Assembly (NCBI RefSeq): GCF_009914755.1
Contig: NC_060929.1
Direction: 5' to 3' (one strand)
Length of the DNA stretch: 64,000 nucleotides
Source of the DNA: the human T2T-CHM13v2.0 reference genome, Homo sapiens
Below the pieces are notes generated by a model. That model was given only the letters and a program-made list of their open reading frames with translations. It did not search any database and was not told the origin of the DNA. A program made the position numbers and the translations under genes. This document shows, one piece after another, positions 1 to 64,000 of the stretch; position 1 is the first letter of the stretch; each line of letters opens with the position of its first letter.

Positions 1-580
1 AAACAATTCGTAAGTTTTAAATTGTGCACAGTTCTGATGATGAAATCTTGCACTGCCCTGCTCTGTCCTGCCTGAGAAGTGAATCCTCCCTTTGTCAGGG
101 TATCCACATTGTATACACTACTCACCCATTAGTCACTTAGCCGTCTAGGTTATCAGATCGACTGTCATGGTATCACAGTGCTTGTGTTCAAGCAATCCTT
201 ATTTTATTTAATAATGGCCCCAAAGTGCAAGAATAGGGATGCTGGCAATTTGGATATGCCAAAGTGAAGCGGTAAAGTGCTTCGTTTAAGTGAAAAGGTA
301 AAAGTTCTCAATTTAGGGAATGAAAACAAAAATCATATGCTGAGGTTGCAAAGATCTACAGTAAAAATGAATCTTCTATTCATGAAATTGTGAATAGTAT
401 ACTGTTATTGTTGTTTTATTTTATTACTAGTTATTGCTGTTAATCTTTTACTGTGTCTGATTTATAAATTAAACTTTATCATAGGTACGTATTTATAGAA
501 AAAGCAAAATGTATATGGGTTCAATACTATCCTCAGTCTTAGGCATCCACTGGGGCTCTTGGAATGTTATCCTCACAGGA
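1..580 (+). mobile_element. MER44-family (TcMar-Tigger7-derived) DNA transposon, truncated by window start
   Basis: Resembles MER44 consensus (TTATCAGATCGACTGTC...ATGGCCCCAAAG...AGGCATCCACTGGGG). Confidence 0.8.
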
Positions 581-1469
581 CTTGCAGTGTCACATATTGT
601 TTCATAAAACCTTTTCATTTATGCATGTATTTTTTCTGGACACAATAAGAACAGTGTATATCTGGTTGTGTATCTGTCTAACACGCACTGCTCTAGGGGA
701 AAGATACTTATAGCAAGAACAATCACCTTGACACTCTTAGCTCAGAAGCTTTATTTTTCTTTCCTTACTTTTGATCAGGAATGACTTGCCCTTATTTCTC
801 TCTATTTCATTCACCTTCTATTCAGTATACTTGGGGTGATTGGGAAGGAATCCATTTTATTTCTGTACCTCCCATTCTCTTTCTTATTTCCAGGGTGTTC
901 TCCTGGTGGACCAAGAAGGCTAACCTGCTTCATTTATCTCCTCTACCAGGCAAAGCAGTCAGAGTGAGTTAGGCTGCTGAGTTCTGGGAGGGGATTGGAG
1001 CAGGGTTTTTATCTTAGATGGGTGGAGCCAGTGAATAAACTATTGGAAATCTCATTTGGATTCTCAAATCTAAGAAGTCAGGTAGACATCTGGAGTCAAT
1101 GTGCAGAGGCAAACAGTGTCAGAGACAAATGTGGCTTGATCTTCCAGTGCTGAGATGGGATGAGGGGAGGCACAAGGGAAGAATTTCTCAAGTGAGGAAC
1201 ACCCCCAAGAATGCCTCGTGATTTGAAAATGAGAACAGCTGAAAAGTTGTAAGTTATTTCATTATCTACTGACTTATATATATTTTAAGTATACCCAAAA
1301 GGAGACAATAGGAGTGTGGGCTACACAGGGTATCCAGTTCTGAATTGTATAGCTAACAATTGTGCATTTCAATGTATATACATTTTACTTTAAAATGATA
1401 ATAATTGAGTAAGGGTGGGAAGCGTGTGGAGGTACACCTGGGTCAAGGATGGCAGACTGTTGAGGCTAG

Positions 1470-1889
<420 letters not shown>

Positions 1890-3223
1890 TAATCCAACCA
1901 TGGACTGATAGTACCTTTTTTTCCCATAATCTCAGACCAACATGGAAGCAATAAATGAGCTACACTGTTTCCACATTCTTGGCTCCTCTCAGCAGCCAAG
2001 TCCTGAAGTTGTAAGAACCATGATCTCCACACTGGGCAATCAGAAGGGATCCAAGAGATAGATACAGCGGCTTTGTATCTTAAGTATTTATTAAATCTAG
2101 CATTTGTCCATTGACCCCATAAATCTCTCTAATGTCAGGGACCTTCTCAAGAGTCTGCAAAGGTAAGAGACTGGTGCTTGTTTTATCAGTTGTGTGTTGA
2201 TCGTTATGGAGACAATAAGATTGAACCTACCTAGAGGTTGCCTACATTTGTGAATTAATACAAAAGGTAGGGTGGTAACAGTTGGCAATTCAGTATATGT
2301 GACTTATTTGAAAAGGAAGCCACAAACCAATTTTTGAGACCCAACACAGCATGAAATGTGCAAAAGTGGTTGCCTAAGTCTCATAAATTAAAGAGTTGCT
2401 GGTGAGGAAGTGGCTTGCTTGACCACCTCTTTGCTAACTGGTCTAGACTGAGGGTGTGCTGCCAGAAGCTGATCTTGATATCTAATGATATGGGGCAGAA
2501 CTGGAGCAATGATGTGAAATAGTGTCATAAAAAGTATTCTAGTCTTTGATCTTCATGTATTGGGCAATACACCCAGCCAAGGTATACTTTCACTTCCTCA
2601 TTTGTAAAGTGATCCAGTTGAATTTCAAAGATTCCTTCTATTTCTAAAATTCTATCATTTATTTGCCATAGTTAAAATTTCACTTGCTCATTACTTTGGA
2701 GAATAAGCAATAAGTCAAAACTATCCTCTGCTCATGTGCTACCTAATTCTTGACAAGGATTAGTCTCACAAACAGAGAGTAGTGGCCACTTCCATGCAGT
2801 GATTCAGGTCATAATGAGATGGAATCCCATTTGCAAACTCCTCACTAGCTATAGCATTTCCAGAAATTACATTACAAGAGCTTTATTTCTTTGCATTTTG
2901 GAGGTTCCTCTTTAAGACTCCTGTGTTAAAGTGGAAATGTCCCTGGAAGACTACTCAGTCCTTAGTATTGACTGAAAACTTTGTGGGAACAGTCTGTTAA
3001 ATAGGTCTTATGGGCCAGAGGAGAGGAAGGGGCTGAAGAAGAGTGTGGAGGCATCAATGTGACTCCAGTGCACCTCTTGGGGCCCCATTACCCTGTGTGA
3101 TGGACCAGTCATTACAGGGAAGGGAAGATGATGGGATTAAGTTTGGGGAATAGATTGGGGAGACTTGAGTCAGGTGGTGTCCACATGCATCTTAGCACAT
3201 AACTCTGAAGTCCCTGACATCTC

Positions 3224-3621
3224 TGTTATGAATGTTTGTGTCCCCACCCCCCTAATTCATATATTAAAGACCTAACCTCCAATGTGAAGGTACTTGAGCA
3301 TGGGAAGGTAATTAGTGCTAGTTGAGAGACTCAAGTTGAGACACTTGAGTGTGCGGGACACTCAAGACAGGATTGGTGCCCTTTTAAGAGAAGACATGAG
3401 AGAGTAAGCTGTCTGAGTGCAAGCACTAAGAAAAGGCCATGTAAGCACACAGCAAGTGGGCAGCCATCTGCAAGCCAGGAAAAGGGCTCTCTATAGAAAA
3501 TGAACTTTCCCAGACTTTGGTCTTGGACTTTTCAGCCCTCAGAACTGCTGAAAATAAATTTCTGTTGTTTTAAGCCACCCAGTCTATGGTATTTTGTCAT
3601 GGCAGCCTGAGGTGACTAATA
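3224..3621 (+). mobile_element. MLT1A-like MaLR solo LTR
   Basis: GAATGTTTGTGTCCCC start; AATAAATTTCTGTTGTTTTAAGCCACCCAGTCTATGG end motif. Confidence 0.75.
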
Positions 3622-4804
3622 TAATCTTCTTTTAATCATGTGGTCTCTTTCCTTTTCAGTGTTAGTTGTGAGTCAATTTGCCAAATTAAACATGAAAGAA
3701 ATGTCCCCAAAACATCTGCCAAGGGAGTATTCCTGAACAGTATTCCTCCCTGACCAAATGCCAGTCTGGTTTTTCTTTGTTGCTGTTGCTGGAGTTGACT
3801 ACTTTTGGATGATCCAATCAAACCAGGTAGTTGCATGTCCTGAAAGAACACTTCTTTCTTAACCTATCCCAAATGCGTAAGTAGGTTTACTAACTTGATA
3901 CAGTTTGGGGCTAGAAAGACTCTTAACGATTTTTTTAAAAAATTGTCAACATTTTCAAACATACCCCAAAGTAAAAAGAATAGTATAAAGAAGACCAGTA
4001 TAACCATCACAACAATTCAGTGATTACCACAATTTTGCTTGTGAATATTTTGAAGAAAAATATCAGTAAGAAATAAAGTACTATATTTACGAAATACTAA
4101 GTGTGCCCTGGGGAAAATAAAATCCTTATTTTGTGGGATATGAATACACTGTCAAGCAACGGAAAAATGTATTCAATTCCTCTTTAGCTATCTGCATGGG
4201 TAAATTTTGCCTATGGTTTAAAAACTGAATCCTTTCATAAAACAGAAACATTAAATATTTAGCAATAATCTTTTTGTTTTCAGTGGGTTTTTGATGTTCT
4301 CTTCAGAGGGTCCCAGGAGACAACTCCATGAATAGACTCTCCCTCTTCGTCTCTGAGTTCTTCTTAAAAGTCTCCTGAAGGAGAAACTTAGGGGTCTTCA
4401 TTCTCCCAGTTCTGCAGCGTCCTCTCATAAATTCTCACCTGATTCTTTTTACTACTACAGTTAAATTCTTTAAAGTGTCATCATTTCTACTCTTGATTTT
4501 TAAAATCCTACTCTTGATGCATCCCAAGGGCATGGTTTCCTTAAAATTCCATAAGGACATATGCCAACGGACAAATTTATATCCCTCCTGTCTTCAAAAC
4601 CATGCAATGGTTCCACTTCCCAGTAGGTAAATTTCCTCTGCTATCTGACCATAGACTAGATCCACATTGATCATTTAGTGTCACTGCTTTCTTCTTTGGT
4701 CCCTTCAACCTGCCTTTCCATGTTCTCAATGAGGGGCTTTCGAGATTGTGACATGCTACTTTCTCTTATATACTACTCCTTTGCTTAGAAAATTCTTTCC
4801 CGTG

Positions 4805-5136
<332 letters not shown>

Positions 5137-6824
5137 CTATTTTCCTAAGCAATCCTTTAAATTGCATCTCCTTTATAAATCAAATAAGCAAGACGTCCTG
5201 GAAGAGATGGTTTTCCTCCTCTTCTCAGTCATCCCCAACATAAGATAGCAATTGCTCAGTGAGTTACACAATGTATTTGCTGACCTACTGTGTTCACATT
5301 TTTGGACTGAGCTTTTAGTGTTTGGGAGATGGTTTAAGGATGTTCTAGACGTTTTTGAGGCACATTCTGTAAAAACAGTCATTTAAATTTTAAGCTCCAA
5401 GATCTAACAGACTATTTCTATTTACATTTTTTATTTATGGATGTTGAATAAATTAGTGTTTGATATTTTTTGTAGTGATTGGGATATCCTATCACATGAG
5501 AGTGGGTAAGAAGAGCAAGAATAAAAACTAGTTGATAGCCTGTTCCAGAGAGTCTTATTTTTATTATTTTAAAATATGAACATTGCCTCCTATTAACCTC
5601 ATTGCTGCCATCTCCCTTATTAAAATGAAAATGTCCCTGGAAGGGATTACTACTGTTAATACAATACTTCATAGAAGCCGTTTATGAAAATCAATGACGG
5701 TCAAGACCTAGAACCATAAGCAAAAGATAGCTTTCTAGTGTCACCTTGTGGCTAACCATATTAATATACATTGAAGCTGATTAATGTGTAGACAGGTAGA
5801 CACATATACAGGGTATAGAAAAATACCAATTTTTGGCATCTATATTATGATATGTATATAAAATGATAGCGCTGGAAGTAGTTTTACAATTACTTAAGTA
5901 CAAATTTTATTCCATAGATTTAGATATGAAAGAACTTAGTTTCTCTGTAATTAACCTCAGTTAATTCAGGGGCTGCCACTCTTGCCTAGGCTTGCTTTTA
6001 AGTTCTGGGGGACTTACGGAGTATCAAGGCATCAGTAAGTGTGGGAAAGAGTTTCTGATCCTTGGTGGTCAAACAACATAAGTCACCGTTAAGTCATTCA
6101 TTGCTTATTCTCAACTGTGCGATTCCTTCAGGTCTGGCATATCTCTGCCAATTCTGGACACCTCTTGGGCACCAGGAACCCTTTGCTGCTCTATACCACA
6201 CTGCGCCTCACCTGCCTAGGCACACCACACTACCTTCTTTCCTGAGCTGCCTCTCTGGCCTTCCCTTGGGAAAGTAGCACAGGCCATTCTGTTCCAGGAT
6301 CTCCCACACCATTCAGGGTTTTTGTTTTGTTCTCCCCAAGAGAAGCAGGGCTCAGGATCCTTTTTGGCAACTTACTGGTGTATTACTATGTGACTTTTTC
6401 CAGTTCCAGAGAACCGAAACCAACTTAAGACAATATTTCCCCAAATAATAACCCCTAAATGACCTGGCTGAACAAGAGAGAAAGGGATGGAGGGCTGGCA
6501 AAGTAGGGGTGATGAGGGGGCAAAGGGTGGGAGGAAATATCCCTAGCATCAATAATAAAATCATGTTGGTTATATTTTAAGACTTTATTACTCTACCAGG
6601 TCAATTTTATAGATGAGAAGAGAGCAGTCTCCAGACCACTGTGCTGTGGCATGCTCGTATGCCACAAGTTGTTTACAGGCATATCAAGATGTTGATGACC
6701 CCAGTTCTTAGGCAACTGGGTACAAACTGGAACGGGTGAAGCTAGTTCTTTCAGCCTAGTCACTTATGCCCAAGATCAGCCTTATCATTGTACAAATATA
6801 TTAGTCAGAATAAGCTAACTCTTT

Positions 6825-7950
6825 GTATCAGTTATCTACTGCTGTGTAAGAAACCCAACCTAAAACTTAGTGGCTTACAGCAATATTCATTTTATTTGTT
6901 TATGTGTTCTGTGGGTCAACAGTTTGGACTATGTTTAGCTAGGTGGTTTTGCTAATCTTGCTTTGGGTTGCTTACAGAGTTGTGGTCATCCAGCAGCTTT
7001 TCTAAGACTAGACTTTCCATTATGGCCTTTTTCACGTCTTGCCCTTGGTGCTGGTGGATGATTGGGCCATAGTTGTCAGTGGGCTAGCCTAAGCTTCTTT
7101 ACTTTGTGGAAGAAGAATTCTCAGCAGCAAAACAGGCTAAGCCTTAATGCACAAACACCTTTCAAGCCCCTGCTTATCTCGTATTTGCTGATGTCCCAAT
7201 GGCCAAAGCAAGTTACATAGCCAAAGACAGAGTCCATGTGGGAAGGAAGAATACAAGGGTGTGAACAGAGGAATGTGTGATTCATCAAAGGCCATACCTT
7301 TGATGAATTCAACAATTTACCATAATGTTACAAAAAAAAATCTTCCCAAATCTCAGCAGTTTACCACAACTAAGAATTATTTCTTACCCATGTCATATTC
7401 CAATGTGGGTTGGTGAGGACACTCTATCACACTCGTTCAGGGAATCGGGAACCTGTTATCTATCTAGTGGTTCCACCGTTGTCTAAGAACTTCCAGAAGA
7501 CCAGGAAAGACAGAGAAGGGAAGATTCAAGGAAGGTGTTATAGACCAATCCTGGAAGTGGTATACATCAGTTCCAGCAACATTCCAATGGCCGGAACTCA
7601 GCCATGTGGCCCCCAGCTAACTGCAGGAGAGTTGGGAAATATAATGCCTAGGAAGAAAAGATACTTCTTGTCACCAAATATTCCGCCCCCTTCTTACCAC
7701 ACACAGAATACACATATACCCTCCCCAGACACCTGGAATTCTATCTAGTCACTGCATCCAGGATCTGTTGTTGATACACAGTCCTCTTTATTAGATCCAG
7801 ATGTATATCCTCATTGCCAGGTAACTCATGAACTATGTAAATATGTACTACATACCTGCCCCCACTCAGCTACCCTGTGTAGCGTGATAGAGCAAGGGTG
7901 GCATACTTGCATTAAAATCTCCCATTCAGAAAAGGGAAGAATGCAAGACA
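6825..7950 (-). mobile_element. Old MLT1-type MaLR LTR fragments
   Basis: TGTATCAGTTATCTACTGCTG...AAAACTTAGTGGCTT and CCCAATGGCCAAAGCAAGTTACATAGCCAA motifs; boundaries approximate. Confidence 0.55.
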
Positions 7951-7967
7951 CACAACAGTGGCTCATT

Positions 7968-8100
7968 CTTTAGTATATGTATTTTTTATGATATTTTTCC
8001 AAATATTGTATGGGAAATATATACACTAAAAATTATTCGTTTATCTGAAATGCAAATTATTAAGCATTCTGTATTTTTATTTGCTAAATCTGGCAACCCT
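7968..8100. mobile_element. MER53 (hAT MITE), partial
   Basis: TTTATTTGCTAAATCTGGCAACCCT terminal and CCAAATATTGTATGGGA centre typical of MER53. Confidence 0.7.
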
Positions 8101-8104
8101 CCTC

Positions 8105-8262
8105 CCACTAAAATATAAACTCCATGAAGGTAGGAACCTTGGCTCTCTGGTTCTCCAATGTACATCGAAGGCGTGGCATAATGCCAGGTCCACAGTAGAA
8201 GCCCATACATGCTTACTGCAGGAATTAATGAAGGACTAAACGAAGTAGCAAGTGAGTGAATA
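8105..8262 (+). mobile_element. L2 3'-end fragment abutting the CpG island
   Basis: TATAAACTCCATGAAGGTAGG ... GAGTGAATAA tail pattern. Confidence 0.55.
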
Positions 8263-8382
8263 AGAAGATGAGGAGCGACCCTTGGTGGGCGGCGCGGGAA
8301 GAGGACCGCACCATAGCTCCGCAGACAGCCTCCTTTAGGCGCGCAGCGGCGGCCGCGCTGAGGTCACGGGCGCCGGCCCTGG

Positions 8383-8390
8383 TGACGTCA
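8383..8390. promoter_or_regulatory. Perfect CRE palindrome (CREB/ATF/CREM site)
   Basis: TGACGTCA 220 bp upstream of the ATG, inside the CpG island. Confidence 0.7.
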
Positions 8391-8602
8391 TTACGCCCGC
8401 GCTCCTCGCCTGGCCGTGATATCAATGGCGCAGGCTTCACTTCTGCTGTGGCGGTGACTGAGGCCTTTCTGGTGACCTCAGCCCAACACAGGCCGTCTCC
8501 GGAGCTTCCCGGTAGTGGCCCCGGATTCCCACGGTCTTTGTCATTGGCTGTCAGCTAGCAGGCCTGGCCGCTCCCGTGCGGAGAGACCATCTCTTCAGGG
8601 CA

Positions 8603-62522
<53,920 letters not shown>

Positions 62523-63029
62523 GTAAATGTATTAAGGAAATAAAAATCTATTTGAAATGAATTTTTTTTTTTTACCAAATAATGAAATTATTTTACTAAA
62601 CCAAATAATGAAATTATAAAGATTTATATAGTAGCAGCTCTATTTTGATGTACTAAGACTAATTAGGAAATACTAAGGTATACTACTGTTTTTGAAATTT
62701 ATTTATAAGGTAACTTGATGTTTATTTGTGCATTTTTTATTAATCTTGCTGTTGGGAAGAAATTTTTCTTTTCCACTTGAATTTAAATGATAGTTTAACG
62801 TAAATAAAGGTAATTGTAAAAGAAATAATAGCCACCCATAATCTCATTTTTCTCATGCTAACACTTTTTAATGTTATATTTTTTCTACATGTTTACATAT
62901 TTTAAATTATTTCACCCAAACTGTTATTTTATATTTTGTTATTTTCATTACAGAGATATCAAAAATATTTTTAGTATTTTATATTAATGACTGCAAAATA
63001 GTATATCACATTGAAGTGGCATAATGCAT

Positions 63030-64000
63030 TTTTTTCCTTCAACTTTTATTTTAAGTTCAGGGGTACATGTGCAAGATGTGCAGTTTTGTTGCATAGGTAA
63101 AGGTGTGCCATGGTGGTTTGCTGCACAGATCATGACATCATGTATCTATCAAGCCCAGTGTCCATTAGCTATTCTTCCTGATGTTCTCCCTACCCTCTAC
63201 CACACACCCCCAGTAGGCCCCAGTGTGTGTTGTTCCCCTGTCTGTGTCCATGTGTTCTCATCATTCAGCTCCCACTTATAAGTGAGAACATGCGGTGTTT
63301 GGTTTTCCATTCCTGCATTAGTTTGCTGAGGATAATGGCTTCCAACTTCAGCCATGTCCCTGCAAAGGACATGATCTGATTCCTTTTTATGGCTGCATAG
63401 TATCCCATGGTGTATATGTACCATATTTTCTTTATCTAGCCTACCATTGATGGGCATTTGGGTTGATTCCATGTCTTTACTATTGTGAATAATGCTGCAC
63501 TGAACATACAAATGTACTTATCTTTATAATAGAATGATTTATATTCCTTTGGGTATTTACCCAGAAATGGTATTTCTGCCTCCAGGTCTTTGAAGAATCA
63601 CCATGCTGTCTCCCATGGTGGTTGAATTAATTTACACTAGTGTAATTTAATTACACAGTAGTGTAAAAGTGTTCCTTTTTCTCTACAACCTCACCAGCAT
63701 GTTGTTTTTTGACTTTTTAATAATAGCAATTCTGATCTCATTGTGGTTTTGAATTGCATTCCAGTAATGATCAGTGACGTTGAGCTTTTTTTCATATGTT
63801 TGTTGGCCACATGTACATCTTTTGAAAAGTGTCTGTTCGTGTCCTTTGCCCACTTTTTAATGGGTTGTTTTTTCTTGTAAATTTGCTTAAGTTCCTTGTA
63901 TACTCTGGATATTAGACCTTTGTCAGATGGATAGATTGCAAAAATTTTCTCCCATTCTGTAGGTTGTCTGTTTCCTCTGATGATAGTTGTTTCTTTTGCT
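63030..64000 (-). mobile_element. L1PA 3' region, continues past window end
   Basis: TTTTATTTTAAGTTCAGGGGTACATGTGC...; minus-strand ORF 63197-63511 is an L1 3' translation. Confidence 0.92.

Noticed and set aside
6483-6535. G-rich tract as a possible G-quadruplex regulatory element
   Set aside because: Irregular G-runs with long loops and no other support; common in genomic DNA
62574-62617. 18-bp direct repeat ACCAAATAATGAAATTAT (period 26)
   Set aside because: Small AT-rich slippage duplication with no evident function

Overview
Human genomic DNA; an intact AluYa5 supports the species call. The window holds the CpG-island promoter and the first 23 coding exons of YTHDC2 on the + strand. 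YTHDC2 is a DExH-box RNA helicase with R3H, RecA1, an ankyrin insert, RecA2 and HA2/OB regions; its C-terminal YTH-domain exons lie beyond the window end. I joined the 23 exons by hand through GT-AG introns into an open 3244-nt frame (1081 codons + 1 nt) starting at ATG 8603. The rest is intergenic or intronic and rich in repeats: about 21 Alu/FAM elements, L1/L2/MIR fragments, solo LTRs (THE1, MLT1, LTR22, MER67-like), Tigger/hAT MITEs and a near-full-length dead HSMAR2 mariner. Repeat family names come from my recall of consensus sequences, not from a search. I found no evidence for a wholly new multi-gene system. The strongest unexplained signals are local templated-DNA events: an ~84-bp copy of an intron-7 segment replacing the middle of an Alu 7.8 kb away, a perfect 18-bp hairpin inside LTR22, tandem duplications of 292, 116 and 90 bp, and fold-back palindromes. 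Candidate regulatory features include a uORF, an in-frame CUG start, competing donors at exon 16, a NAGNAG acceptor and poison-exon-like signals in intron 16.
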